The notes below the pieces were generated by a model. That model made no database searches, was not told the DNA's origin, and worked only from the letters and a program-made list of their open reading frames with translations. Positions 43,491-53,304 of a stretch of 55,031 nucleotides of DNA are shown in pieces (positions within the stretch are counted from its first letter, which is position 1; each line of letters opens with the position of its first letter). Origin of the DNA: Bacteroidaceae bacterium (lineage in GTDB: Bacteria; Bacteroidota; Bacteroidia; Bacteroidales; Bacteroidaceae). Made by a program: the position numbers and the translations under genes. Location of the stretch: assembly GCA_017616915.1 (NCBI GenBank), contig JAFZXF010000110.1, forward strand, positions 1 through 55,031, given 5' to 3'.

Positions 43491-45509
43491 ATGGAAAATG
43501 TTACTGATCCAAGAACTGACGAGTTGCAGGAGCAGCCTGTCGTTGAACAACCCGCAGAAACCGCTGCTCCCGTAGCAGAGGAAGAGGTTAAAGAGACTGT
43601 CGCCGAGGTTACCGAGACCGTAGCTGAAGCAGAAGAAACTGATGTAGAAGAAACCGAGACCTTTGCTGAGGAAACTCCTGAAGAACCAGCAGAAGAACCG
43701 GAAGAAACAGAAGAAGCTCCCGTTGATTTGCCCGACACCAAGGAAGGCATCATAGAGCGCATTGCAGCGATTGCCGCAAGTGGCGATGCCGGCTCACGCG
43801 CCGAACAGGAGCAACTGAAGCAGGCATTCTATCGTCTGCAGCGCGAAGAAAAAGCAAAAGCTCTGGCCGATTTCATTGCCAACGGTGGCAATGAGGCAGA
43901 CTTCACTCCCGATGAAGATCCGCTTGAGGATGAGCTTAAGGCACAGCTGACACTGCTTAAAGAACTACGCGCAAAACAGATAGAAGACAACGAAAAGAAA
44001 AAGGAGGCTAACCTCGAGCGTAAGAAAGCTATCATTGAGGAAATCAAAGCTATCTGCACCTCGCCAGAGGAGGCCAACAAAGCATATGACACCTTCCGAA
44101 AGCTACAAGCCGAATGGAAGGAAATAAAGCCCATACCCGAAAGTGCAGCCAACGAAGTTTGGAAGCAGTTCCAGTTCTGCCAAGACCAATTCTATGATCT
44201 ACTGAAGACCAATTCTGCACTGCGTGATTACGACTTCAAGAAGAATCTAGAAGCCAAGACCCGCTTATGTGAAGCTGTAGAGGCACTAATCGATGACCCC
44301 GACATCATACGCGCCTCTCACCAACTTCAGCAACTTCATCAGGAGTTCCGTGAGATAGGTCCCGTAGCAAAAGAATTGCGTGAAGATCTGTGGACACGAT
44401 TCAAGACCGCATCCACGGCTATCAATAAGCGTCATGCCCAATACTTTGAGGGACTTAAAGAAAAAGAGGAAGAAAACCTTGCCAAGAAGACCGCCATCTG
44501 CGAAGAAATAGAGGCCATCGAGCTCGACAATCTCAGCGGATATGCTCAATGGGACGGCATCACCAAGCAGATAATAGCCCTGCAGGAAGAGTGGAAGACC
44601 ATCGGTCGCGCCACTAAGAAGATGAATACAAAGATATTCGAACGTTTCCGTGCTGCGTGCGACAACTTCTTCAATAAGAAGGCCGAATTCTTTAAAGAGC
44701 AAAAGAAGAACTACTCCGAAAATGCCGCCAAAAAGCTGGCACTCGTTGAGAAAGCCGAGTCTCTAAAGGAAAGTACCCAGTGGACTGCCACCACTAACGA
44801 GCTCATCAAGCTACAGAAGGAGTGGAAGGAAATCGGTGCTACCACCCACAAACTGAGCAACTCGCTCTGGGAGCGCTTTAATGCTGCATGCAACGAATTC
44901 TTCGACAAGAAGAAGACTATCCTCGGCGATCAGCACAAAGAGGAGAGCGAGAACCTTATAAAGAAAAAGACCGTAATCGAAAAACTGGAAGCTCTTGCAA
45001 TCGAGGGAGGCGAGAATATTGCCGAGGCTGTCAAACAACTCCAGGAGGAGTGGAACAGCATTGGACATGTGCCCTTCAAGAACAAGGACAAGATTTACGC
45101 CAAATATCGCGACATAATTGACAAACTCTACAAGGAATTTAACCTCCGTAGCCCACGCCGCACTCAACGAAACGGCAAGGAAGGTAGCGGACGTCCGATG
45201 CCCGAAGGCAACAATCTGCTACGCCTTTATGAAGCTAAGAAAGCCGAGTTGGCCACATACGAGAATAACATCTCCTTCCTCACCTCCAACTCCAAGAAAG
45301 GCTCTGCCCTTATCGACACGATGATGAAGAAGATTGAGACTCTAAAGGCAAACCTTGCAGAACTTGCTGAGAAGATTAACAATCCACAACCCGAAACTGT
45401 AGTTGAGGAAACTCCTGCGGAGGTTGCCGAAACTCCAGTTGAGGCTCCCGCAGTGGAGGAGGCTCCTGCCGTGGAAGAAACTCCTGCAGAAACTCCAGCT
45501 GAAGAATAA
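43491..45509 (+). CDS. DUF349 repeat protein with acidic Glu/Pro/Ala/Thr-rich termini
   Basis: 672 aa starting at MENVTDPRTDE. It has repeated W..F......F helical motifs (EVWKQFQFCQDQFY, DLWTRFKTAS, KIFERFRAACDNFF, SLWERFNAACNEFF) characteristic of DUF349. Confidence 0.8.
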   Translation: MENVTDPRTDELQEQPVVEQPAETAAPVAEEEVKETVAEVTETVAEAEETDVEETETFAEETPEEPAEEPEETEEAPVDLPDTKEGIIERIAAIAASGDAGSRAEQEQLKQAFYRLQREEKAKALADFIANGGNEADFTPDEDPLEDELKAQLTLLKELRAKQIEDNEKKKEANLERKKAIIEEIKAICTSPEEANKAYDTFRKLQAEWKEIKPIPESAANEVWKQFQFCQDQFYDLLKTNSALRDYDFKKNLEAKTRLCEAVEALIDDPDIIRASHQLQQLHQEFREIGPVAKELREDLWTRFKTASTAINKRHAQYFEGLKEKEEENLAKKTAICEEIEAIELDNLSGYAQWDGITKQIIALQEEWKTIGRATKKMNTKIFERFRAACDNFFNKKAEFFKEQKKNYSENAAKKLALVEKAESLKESTQWTATTNELIKLQKEWKEIGATTHKLSNSLWERFNAACNEFFDKKKTILGDQHKEESENLIKKKTVIEKLEALAIEGGENIAEAVKQLQEEWNSIGHVPFKNKDKIYAKYRDIIDKLYKEFNLRSPRRTQRNGKEGSGRPMPEGNNLLRLYEAKKAELATYENNISFLTSNSKKGSALIDTMMKKIETLKANLAELAEKINNPQPETVVEETPAEVAETPVEAPAVEEAPAVEETPAETPAEE

Positions 45510-45615
45510 ATAAGCATTTACCGCGAGATTCGCATGAAACGCTGTCAAGACGACTTTTTCATGGCGAATTGTGCGAATTTCGCGGATTTTATTTGGCAGG
45601 TATTAAAAAAAGTCT

Positions 45616-45623
45616 TACCTTTG
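45616..45623 (+). promoter_or_regulatory. Candidate -7 box TACCTTTG for tRNA-Ala
   Basis: Matches TAnnTTTG, 17 nt upstream of the tRNA 5' end. Confidence 0.5.
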
Positions 45624-45639
45624 CCGCGAAAAACCTTTT

Positions 45640-45713
<74 letters not shown>

Positions 45714-45812
45714 CCCAGAACCGCAGAAGTAGCTCTCAATGAGCGCCGACGCGGTTTTAATTTTATCAACACATCGACTAACAACTAAACATAAAACATT
45801 AATCCTGCGCGC

Positions 45813-45847
45813 AAAAAAATAATCGCGCAACTATTAAAGATGCGCGA
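45813..45847 (-). terminator. Rho-independent terminator of tRNA-Gln
   Basis: On the minus strand, a 7-bp stem TCGCGCA/TGCGCGA is followed by TTATTTTTTT. Confidence 0.6.
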
Positions 45848-45854
45848 CTTTTAG

Positions 45855-45925
45855 TTGGGATACCCGGACTCGAACCAGGAAAGGCAGGACCAGAATCTGC
45901 AGTGTTACCATTACACCATATCCCA
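45855..45925 (-). tRNA. tRNA-Gln (anticodon CTG)
   Basis: On the minus strand the acceptor stem TGGGATA/TATCCCA has the U1:A72 pair typical of tRNA-Gln. The anticodon loop is TTCTGGT and the T arm is CCTGG-TTCGAGT-CCGGG. There is one A:C mismatch at the base of the anticodon stem. Confidence 0.8.
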
Positions 45926-45939
45926 ATCGTTTTGCGATG

Positions 45940-45947
45940 CAAAATTA
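45940..45947 (-). promoter_or_regulatory. Candidate -7 box TAATTTTG for tRNA-Gln
   Basis: The forward sequence CAAAATTA lies 15 nt upstream of the tRNA 5' end. Confidence 0.5.
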
Positions 45948-46010
45948 TAACATTTGGCTAACACTGCAAAGAAATATCAGAAAAAAAATGGTTTTTCCCT
46001 GAAAAAATAC

Positions 46011-46018
46011 TATTTTTG
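46011..46018 (+). promoter_or_regulatory. Candidate -7 box TATTTTTG for rsfS-ftsH-cdsA
   Basis: Matches TAnnTTTG, 54 nt upstream of the ATG at 46072. Confidence 0.45.
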
Positions 46019-46071
46019 CACCCCGAAACATAGTTTTTTGACCTACACAAACATTTTTCAGCATAAAATAC

Positions 46072-46455
46072 ATGCAAAACAAGACAATAGAAAAGAAAAA
46101 CAACACAAAGAAACTGCTAACAGCCATCACCGAAGGTATCCAGGAGAAAAAAGGACACCGAATAGTGATTGCCGACTTCTCAAACATCAAAGATTCCATC
46201 TGCAAATATTTTGTTATATGCCAAGCCAACACTGCCACGCAGGTTGAGGCGATAGCCGGCTCAGTGAGCGATACTACACGCGAAAAACTTGGCGAAAAAG
46301 CCATCGGTGTTACCGGACTGGAAAACGCATACTGGGTAGCTATCGACTACGGTGACATCATTGTACATGTGTTGCAGCCGCAAGCTCGAGAGTTCTACGA
46401 TCTGGAACATCTATGGGCTGATGCAAAACTTACAGAAGTTCCCGAAGACTATTAA
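46072..46455 (+). CDS. rsfS: Ribosome silencing factor RsfS (iojap-like)
   Basis: 127 aa. YFVICQANTATQVEAIAGSV ... WVAIDYGDIIVHVLQPQAREFYDLEHLW is canonical RsfS sequence. Confidence 0.9.
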   Translation: MQNKTIEKKNNTKKLLTAITEGIQEKKGHRIVIADFSNIKDSICKYFVICQANTATQVEAIAGSVSDTTREKLGEKAIGVTGLENAYWVAIDYGDIIVHVLQPQAREFYDLEHLWADAKLTEVPEDY

Positions 46456-46471
46456 AAAAGACCATATACAT

Positions 46472-48508
46472 ATGAGCGCAAACAATAATAATAACACGAA
46501 GATGCCCAAGTTCAGTTTTAATTGGGCCTACATGATTATCATCCTTATACTGGCCTACATGTTCTATAACAACTCGAACAACGGCAACAGTTTTCAAAAG
46601 GAAGTCACTTATTCTGATTTTCAGGAATATGTCCAGAAAGGCTATGCTCGCAACATCGTTGTAAACAAGGGCGACGGAAATGTAAAGATGTTTATCAAGC
46701 AACCATACGTAGGTGAAATCTTCGGCAAGGCTGCTGAAGCCGGGCGTGACCCATCGGTTGTGGCCGAGTTCCCTTCTGTTAGCGATGTCAACGAGTTCCT
46801 CGCTGCGGAAAGAAATGCCAAGCATTTCACAGGCAAGATAGAGTATGACGCAAATAGCAACTTCCTTGGCTCTCTGTTCCTCAATGTAGTGCTACCCGTA
46901 TTGCTTTTTGTAGGCATTTGGGTATTCTTGATGAGACGTGCCGGTGGTGGCGGAGCAGGCATTTTCTCCGTCGGAAAAAGCCGTGCCCAACTCTACGATA
47001 AGGGCGCCAAAATAAGTATCACTTTCAATGATGTAGCAGGACAAGACGAAGCCAAGCAGGAGGTACAAGAGATTGTGAAATTCCTCAAAGACCCCAAGAA
47101 ATATACCGAGTTGGGCGGCAAGATTCCCAAAGGCGCCCTGTTGGTAGGTCCTCCGGGCACTGGTAAGACTCTGCTTGCTAAGGCAGTGGCCGGCGAAGCT
47201 GACGTACCTTTCTTCTCGTTGTCGGGCAGCGATTTTGTGGAGATGTTCGTTGGTGTTGGTGCTAGCCGTGTAAGAGATTTGTTCCGCCAAGCTAAGGAGA
47301 AAGCCCCATGTATTGTTTTCATCGATGAGATTGATGCTGTGGGACGTGCCCGTGGAAAGAATCCTGCTATGGGCGGCAACGATGAGCGTGAAAGCACGCT
47401 CAACCAGTTGCTCACCGAGATGGACGGCTTCGGCACAAATAGCGGTATCATCGTGATGGCAGCTACCAACCGCGCCGATATTCTTGACAAAGCGTTATTG
47501 CGTGCCGGACGTTTCGACCGCCAAATCCACGTAGAACTGCCGGGACTGCCGGAGCGTAAACAAATTTTCCTTGTACACGTTAAGCCTCTTAAAGTTGACC
47601 AGAGCGTAGATCTCGACCTCTTATCACGCCAAACCCCGGGCTTTTCCGGAGCCGACATAGCCAATGTCTGCAATGAGGCCGCCCTGATTGCTGCACGCCA
47701 CGACAAACAAGCTGTAGGTATGCAGGATTTCCTTGATGCCATCGACCGTATTATCGGTGGTTTGGAAAAGAAGACGAAGGTGATGACTCAAGAAGAGAAA
47801 CGTAGCATCGCTATCCACGAGGCTGGTCACGCCACCATATCATGGTTCTGCCAGTATGCCGACCCACTTATCAAGGTCACTATTGTACCACGCGGTCAAG
47901 CACTCGGCGCAGCATGGTATCTGCCTGAAGAACGGGTAAATGTTACAAAGGAGCAGATGCTTGACAAGATATGCTCTCTACTGGGTGGACGTGCCGCCGA
48001 AGAATTGTTCACCGGTCACATATCCACAGGAGCCCTCAACGATTTGGAACGCGCCAACAAGATGGCTTTCAGCATGGTAGCCTACTACGGCATGAGCGAC
48101 AACTTATACAATATAAGCTTCTACACCGCTCAGCAGGACTACTTCCAAAAGCCCTACTCTGACATCACTGCCAAGCAAATTGACGAAGAGGTGAAAGCAC
48201 TTATTGCCGAACAGTATGAACGGGCAAAGAGCATCCTCGCCGAGCATAGCGAGGGTCATAGTAAGGTGGCTCAATTGCTTATCGACAAGGAGGTAATATT
48301 TGCCGAAAATGTAGAGCAGATATTTGGTAAGCGCCAATGGACTAGCCGCTCCGATGAGATAATTGCCGAGAACGAGCGACTAGCAAAGGAGCGGGCCGAA
48401 GCCGAAGCTAAGGAAGCCGACAAGAAAGAGGAGGAACAAAAAGCAGAGATAGACAAACTCATTCCCGGCATCGCCAAAGAAAAGAAAGGAGAAGACAAAA
48501 ATGCCTAA
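46472..48508 (+). CDS. ftsH: ATP-dependent zinc metalloprotease FtsH
   Basis: 678 aa starting at [16 protein letters not shown]. It has Walker [14 protein letters not shown], the SRH region and the zinc motif HEAGHA. I rejected the track start at 46352, which lies inside rsfS. Confidence 0.95.
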   Translation: MSANNNNNTKMPKFSFNWAYMIIILILAYMFYNNSNNGNSFQKEVTYSDFQEYVQKGYARNIVVNKGDGNVKMFIKQPYVGEIFGKAAEAGRDPSVVAEFPSVSDVNEFLAAERNAKHFTGKIEYDANSNFLGSLFLNVVLPVLLFVGIWVFLMRRAGGGGAGIFSVGKSRAQLYDKGAKISITFNDVAGQDEAKQEVQEIVKFLKDPKKYTELGGKIPKGALLVGPPGTGKTLLAKAVAGEADVPFFSLSGSDFVEMFVGVGASRVRDLFRQAKEKAPCIVFIDEIDAVGRARGKNPAMGGNDERESTLNQLLTEMDGFGTNSGIIVMAATNRADILDKALLRAGRFDRQIHVELPGLPERKQIFLVHVKPLKVDQSVDLDLLSRQTPGFSGADIANVCNEAALIAARHDKQAVGMQDFLDAIDRIIGGLEKKTKVMTQEEKRSIAIHEAGHATISWFCQYADPLIKVTIVPRGQALGAAWYLPEERVNVTKEQMLDKICSLLGGRAAEELFTGHISTGALNDLERANKMAFSMVAYYGMSDNLYNISFYTAQQDYFQKPYSDITAKQIDEEVKALIAEQYERAKSILAEHSEGHSKVAQLLIDKEVIFAENVEQIFGKRQWTSRSDEIIAENERLAKERAEAEAKEADKKEEEQKAEIDKLIPGIAKEKKGEDKNA

Positions 48509-49355
48509 CGTACTGATTCGCACACTATCTGGCATCGCCTTTGTGGCAGTGATAGTAGGATGTCTGCTTTGGGGCATGTCAACCTACTGCGTGCTTTTCG
48601 CCGCCATCACCGCCCTGCTAATCAATGAGTTCAACGAACTGTTACTTGAGCACAATTTGGCGCAGGTCAATAACACCGTCAGCATCATAAGCGGTGTCTA
48701 TCTGTTTATTGCCTTCTTCCTATATTGTAGCGGCAGCGCAGGCTCTGCTGTGTTTGCCCCATATTTACTGTCCTTGATTTTCGTGCTGGTTAGCGGTCTT
48801 TACTTCAAGCAAGAAAATCCCGTCAGCTCTTGGGCTTATACCTTTGCCGGCCAACTCTACATCGCCCTGCCAATGGCACTACTTAATGTGTTGGCTTTCA
48901 ATCAAATCTACTCCCCCACCCTGCCTTTGGCCGTTTTCGTTTTCCTTTGGCTTAACGACACGGGCGCCTACTGTTTCGGTTGCACCTTGGGCAAGAGAAT
49001 CAAATTCCAATTCTCCATTCTCAATTTCCATTTTACCCAGAAACTCTTCCCCTCGCTCTCTCCTAAGAAAACGTGGATTGGCAGTCTGGGCGGTGGCATC
49101 GTAGTATTGCTGGGCGCATGGGCTTTCCACCTACTCAGCGGCGAAGGCAGCCTACTTTTTTGGTTGGGTCTCGGCGCCACCGTTTGCGTGTTCGGTACAT
49201 GGGGAGATCTGGTGGAGAGTCAACTCAAGCGCTATCTCGGCATCAAAGACAGTGGTCACTTTCTGCCCGGCCACGGTGGAGCGCTCGACCGTTTCGACAG
49301 CGCCCTACTAGCCATTCCTGCCGCCACTACCTATGTTCTTTTCTGGGCAGCATAG
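48501..49355 (+). CDS. cdsA: Phosphatidate cytidylyltransferase
   Basis: 284 aa polytopic membrane protein with the CdsA signature SQLKRYLGIKDSGHFLPGHGGALDRFDS. It overlaps ftsH by 8 nt. Confidence 0.85.
   Translation: MPNVLIRTLSGIAFVAVIVGCLLWGMSTYCVLFAAITALLINEFNELLLEHNLAQVNNTVSIISGVYLFIAFFLYCSGSAGSAVFAPYLLSLIFVLVSGLYFKQENPVSSWAYTFAGQLYIALPMALLNVLAFNQIYSPTLPLAVFVFLWLNDTGAYCFGCTLGKRIKFQFSILNFHFTQKLFPSLSPKKTWIGSLGGGIVVLLGAWAFHLLSGEGSLLFWLGLGATVCVFGTWGDLVESQLKRYLGIKDSGHFLPGHGGALDRFDSALLAIPAATTYVLFWAA
49006..49033. repeat. Period-7 repeat, 4 units (TCCAATT CTCCATT CTCAATT TCCATTT), in frame in cdsA
   Basis: Read directly. It encodes FQFSILNFHF, inserted just before the conserved SPKKTW segment. 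Confidence 0.75.
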
Positions 49356-49361
49356 ATTATT

Positions 49362-52085
49362 ATGCGACTTCTTCTTTCTGTATTGCTGAGTATGTGCGTC
49401 TTAACTTCTGGGGCGCAGGTCATAGCTGAGCAATATCGTGAGTTGCTAGTACAATCCAGAGACATATATCAGCAAGCCATCGGGAAGGTATCGGAAATGA
49501 TTCCTATCACCGGTGACCAGCTAAGCAGCAACGCCAGTGATTTTCAAGAAGGGAAACATATCGAACATATGGTTGACGGCAACGCCACTACTTTTTGGCA
49601 CAGCGACTGGCACAATCAAATTCAAGACACACACTACATACAGGTTGACTTCAACCAGCCTGTCGGTGGCAACATCGGACTCTATGTGTTGCGGCGGCAG
49701 ACCAGTGCCAACCATGTTACCCTGATGGGAGTTCTGGGGAGTAATGACAACACACAATGGGATGAATTGGGCACAATAGCGCTCGGCAATGCAAGCTCCG
49801 GTCAGGAATATACCTCAGCCCCCGTTTCTTTAGGCGATAAAACCTATCGGTCGTTGCGTTTCACCATACTCGCTAACACCTCAGGAAATAAATTCGGTCA
49901 TTTTGCAGAGTTCCGACCAATCCATGTTAATATTTACGGTCCTTCTTACCTGATTGATTTGGGTCCTATCGCCACCGCTTTGCACAAGCAGATAATGGCG
50001 GGCGAAGTTCTCAACGATGATGAAATCACAGATGATGTTCTGCAAGAGCTGCAGGAGGCATACAATACCTTTTGTTCTGAGTTGGATGGTCTGCGCCAAG
50101 GTAATATTCCCTCCTACATTAAGCAGCATACCAACTTGCCGAGTCTCTATATCAACACTTACGACGGCTCCGACATAACCAGCAAACAAGTCTATCAATA
50201 TGCCAAGATGTGGCGCGTACGCGATGGACTCATCGAGATATTCGATTCTTTGCAGATTCGCGGCCGAGGCAATAGCACCTGGCGCTTGCCAAAGAAGCCC
50301 TATCGCATCAAGTTCAAGCACAAATCCAAATTCCTCGGCAACAATCATGCAAACGCCCGCAACTGGACACTGATGGCCAACTGCTGCGACAAATCTCTTA
50401 TCCGCAATGCCGTTGCCAGTTATATAGGCAAGAATTTGGGACAATCCTTTGTGCCCGCCGCCATGTTTGTGGATATCAGTTTGAACTCCAACTACGTTGG
50501 CAATTATCAGGTGAGCGACCAGATTGACATACACAAATACCGCATTGACATTGTGGAGCAAGACACCATACCCACCGACAATTCCGATATCTCCGGCGGC
50601 TATTTCATGGAGATAGGTGCGCCTGCCGCATGGGAAAGCTGTTCGTTCCGTACCGACAAGAGCGTGCCCATTTCCGTCCGTTCGCCTGATAGTGATGTCA
50701 TACAAGACACGCAGGTCGACTATATCCGCCAGTTTATGAACAACGTGGAGACCCATATCTTCTCCGACGATTTTAAAGACCCCGACAAAGGCTACCGCTC
50801 TCTCTTTGACAGCCTATCACTCGCCACATGGTTTCTCACTGTGGAATACAGCGGCAATTGCGATGGTTTCTACAGTATCTATTGCTACAAGCAACGAGCC
50901 GACGACCACCTCTACATGGGGCCGATATGGGATTACGACATTGCCTTCAACAACTGTCATCGCATTGGCGAAGTCACGAATCGTCTTATGCTCGATGCAG
51001 GATACGGCGGTAACAACGGCAAGAATTGGTTTGTCCGCATGTACGATGATCCGTGGTTTCGCAACCTCGTTGGCAGGCGATGGCATCAAGCGGTCTGTAA
51101 GGAAAGCCTAGTTGAAAAGACTCTCGCCTTTGTTGACAGCCTGACAGCAGAAATTGACCAAAGTCAGCAGCTGAATTATCAGGTTTGGCCAATCAATCAG
51201 CGCACTCACGACGAGCTGCAGCTATTCAGCACCTATCAGGAAGGTATCGATTATCTGAAAGACTTCCTCGTTGATCACGCCACCTACCTGTCGTCAGTTT
51301 TCCCAAATCCCGACAATCTTGAGCCACCCATGCCGCCACCAACTAATCCGATGGACATCGACGAGGATTACTACTATTACATCTACAATGTAGGGGTGGA
51401 TCATCCAATCGACATTTGCGACGGAACCGACCTCATCGGTACCTGGAGCCGCGACAATGACAGATATCTGACACAACAATGGGATATTCGTCCCGTTACT
51501 GCCGATTATTATCGCCTCGTAAGCAGAGAAAGCAAACTCGCCATTACCGATATGGCCGCCTACACTGACGGGCAGTATACCACTGGTGCCCAGCTGCAGC
51601 TCATGCCTGTTGATGACAATGACAACCGCCAGCTATGGCGATTTGTGAAAGCCGGTGACTATTGGGCCATCGAAAACAAGGCAACCTCTTTAGCCTGGAA
51701 TAACTCACATGGCGCAAGCACCAACGGAAACGCCGTAATCAGCTGGGCCAATAATGCCGACAATGCTACTAAACTCACACGCCAGTGGTATGTGGAGTTG
51801 GCTGACGAAAGTGTATCGGCAGTTATGGCGATGCACTCAAACGAAGATATCGATTACCGCATTACACTCGACCCTCACACCCGGCAAATTCATTTCCGCT
51901 TACCCGATGGTCAGAATTTGATGTTCAATGCCCAATGCTCAATGTCCCTTTATAACCTTAGCGGACACATGCTTGCATCCGGCTGTATAAATCAGCCGAT
52001 TGATGCGTCAGTGCTGCCCTCGGGAGTTTACATCCTCCGCTGGACAATAAACGGGCATAGCCGCTCAATAAAGATTAAATTATAG
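49362..52085 (+). CDS. Secreted F5/8-type-C (discoidin) / CotH-kinase-like / ricin-B-lectin protein with T9SS C-terminal domain
   Basis: 907 aa with a signal peptide. The evidence by region:
- Discoidin-like: MVDGNATTFWHSDWH.
- CotH-like: IRGRGNSTWRLPKKPYRIKFK..NWTLMANCCDKSLIRN..YMGPIWDYDIAFNN.
- Ricin-like: QQWDIRPV, RQLWRFV, TRQWYVE.
- T9SS CTD: LYNLSGHMLASG..LPSGVYILRWTINGHSRSIKIKL. Confidence 0.75.
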   Translation: MRLLLSVLLSMCVLTSGAQVIAEQYRELLVQSRDIYQQAIGKVSEMIPITGDQLSSNASDFQEGKHIEHMVDGNATTFWHSDWHNQIQDTHYIQVDFNQPVGGNIGLYVLRRQTSANHVTLMGVLGSNDNTQWDELGTIALGNASSGQEYTSAPVSLGDKTYRSLRFTILANTSGNKFGHFAEFRPIHVNIYGPSYLIDLGPIATALHKQIMAGEVLNDDEITDDVLQELQEAYNTFCSELDGLRQGNIPSYIKQHTNLPSLYINTYDGSDITSKQVYQYAKMWRVRDGLIEIFDSLQIRGRGNSTWRLPKKPYRIKFKHKSKFLGNNHANARNWTLMANCCDKSLIRNAVASYIGKNLGQSFVPAAMFVDISLNSNYVGNYQVSDQIDIHKYRIDIVEQDTIPTDNSDISGGYFMEIGAPAAWESCSFRTDKSVPISVRSPDSDVIQDTQVDYIRQFMNNVETHIFSDDFKDPDKGYRSLFDSLSLATWFLTVEYSGNCDGFYSIYCYKQRADDHLYMGPIWDYDIAFNNCHRIGEVTNRLMLDAGYGGNNGKNWFVRMYDDPWFRNLVGRRWHQAVCKESLVEKTLAFVDSLTAEIDQSQQLNYQVWPINQRTHDELQLFSTYQEGIDYLKDFLVDHATYLSSVFPNPDNLEPPMPPPTNPMDIDEDYYYYIYNVGVDHPIDICDGTDLIGTWSRDNDRYLTQQWDIRPVTADYYRLVSRESKLAITDMAAYTDGQYTTGAQLQLMPVDDNDNRQLWRFVKAGDYWAIENKATSLAWNNSHGASTNGNAVISWANNADNATKLTRQWYVELADESVSAVMAMHSNEDIDYRITLDPHTRQIHFRLPDGQNLMFNAQCSMSLYNLSGHMLASGCINQPIDASVLPSGVYILRWTINGHSRSIKIKL
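51903..51944. repeat. Period-7 repeat, 6 units (..TTTGATG TTCAATG CCCAATG CTCAATG), in frame in the third CotH-like gene
   Basis: Read directly. It encodes DGQNLMFNAQCSMS at the start of the T9SS CTD. Confidence 0.8.
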
Positions 52086-52098
52086 TGGAAAGTTTTCC

Positions 52099-53271
52099 TT
52101 AAGGCACATTCAGTTTCTCCACTATAATCTTGGCAGCACGCTGGGGCGCTCCGGGGGCGCCAAGATATTGAGCCATCTCTTCGTAACCCTCAAGCTGGGC
52201 ATCACGGTCAGCACCTCCTCTAACAATACCAGCCAAGCGGGCGGATAGGTTGGGCACCGTCATATCGCTTCCCACCAATTCGGGTACTAACTCGCGGTCA
52301 ACTATAAGGTTAACAAGCGAGATATACTTTACTTTCAGGAGCACCTTTCGCAAAAGAGCAAAGAACCATCCTGCCTTGATGTAATAACATACTACCTGTG
52401 GTACATGGAAAAGAGCCGTCTCAAGCGTAGCAGTACCGCTTGTCACAAGGGCAGCCTCGCTATTTGCCAGCAGTTCGAAAGTCTTGCCATTGACCAACAT
52501 TATGTCGGAATCTCCATCTAAGTCCGAATTGAGAATTGAAGAATGACCAATAACCTTGCTCGTTATTTGTTTGTAGAAACTTTCTTCGAAATTGGGCGCT
52601 CCGGCAATAACAATCTTGTAGCCTTTTTCTACATACGGAGCGGCAGCCTGAAGCATACGACTCAGATTATCGGTTATCTCTTTGCTGCGAGAGCCTGGCA
52701 ACAGGGCGATGATGGGAGATTGGAACTTGGACAATAACCTATTGTCCGTTGCCTGTTGTCTCCACTCAGCTATCTCATCAACAGTAGGATTGCCAACATA
52801 GTGTATGGGATAATCGTGGCGGTTGTAGAAATCCACCTCAAAGGGCAGTATCGAGAACATCTCGTCCACATCGCTCTTGATGGCTTTGATGCGATGTTCC
52901 TTCCACGCCCATATCTTAGGAGAGATATAGTAATATACGGGTATGCTGGTATGCTGGCGCAGATACTTGGCTATTTTCAGGTTGAAGCCCGGATAGTCAA
53001 CGAGGATTACCACATCGGGCTGCCATTCCACGATTGCTTCGCGGCATTGTTGCATAGCTTTGAGTATCGTGCGCAGATGAATCAGCACGGTGAGAAAACC
53101 CATGTACGCTATATCCTTGTAGTGCCGCAATAAAGTACCGCCCACAGCCTTCATCTTGTCGCCACCATAGTAACGAAAATCGGCATTAGGATCTTCCTGC
53201 ATCAGCGCCCTCATCAGATTCGACGCATGCAAATCGCCACTAGCTTCACCAACTATAAGAAAGTATTTCAT
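52099..53271 (-). CDS. lpxB: Lipid-A-disaccharide synthase
   Basis: 390 aa with the canonical LpxB N-terminus MKYFLIVGEASGDLHASNLMRAL and the GT19 layout. Confidence 0.92.
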   Translation of the reverse strand: MKYFLIVGEASGDLHASNLMRALMQEDPNADFRYYGGDKMKAVGGTLLRHYKDIAYMGFLTVLIHLRTILKAMQQCREAIVEWQPDVVILVDYPGFNLKIAKYLRQHTSIPVYYYISPKIWAWKEHRIKAIKSDVDEMFSILPFEVDFYNRHDYPIHYVGNPTVDEIAEWRQQATDNRLLSKFQSPIIALLPGSRSKEITDNLSRMLQAAAPYVEKGYKIVIAGAPNFEESFYKQITSKVIGHSSILNSDLDGDSDIMLVNGKTFELLANSEAALVTSGTATLETALFHVPQVVCYYIKAGWFFALLRKVLLKVKYISLVNLIVDRELVPELVGSDMTVPNLSARLAGIVRGGADRDAQLEGYEEMAQYLGAPGAPQRAAKIIVEKLNVP

Positions 53272-53282
53272 TGATTAAATCC

Positions 53283-53303
53283 TTCAATAGTCAACGGTCA
53301 ACG
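53283..53303. repeat. Period-7 repeat, 3 units (TTCAATA GTCAACG GTCAACG) in the surE-lpxB spacer
   Basis: Read directly. Confidence 0.8.
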
Positions 53304-53304
53304 G

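Noticed and set aside
43280-43762. 160-aa Ser-rich minus-strand ORF
   Set aside because: It is the mirror image of the Glu/Thr/Ala-rich N-terminus of the DUF349 gene. It also spans the corA terminator, so it is a low-complexity artefact.
45521-45585. Long-range inverted repeat (CCGCGAGATTCGCA ... TGCGAATTTCGCGG) after the DUF349 gene as a terminator
   Set aside because: The stem is imperfect, the loop is 37 nt and there is no clear U tract. It is plausible, but too weak to list.
46993-47742. 249-aa minus-strand ORF
   Set aside because: It is antisense to the AAA+ module of ftsH.
49881-50756. 291-aa minus-strand ORF
   Set aside because: It is antisense to the third CotH-like gene and has no recognisable motifs.
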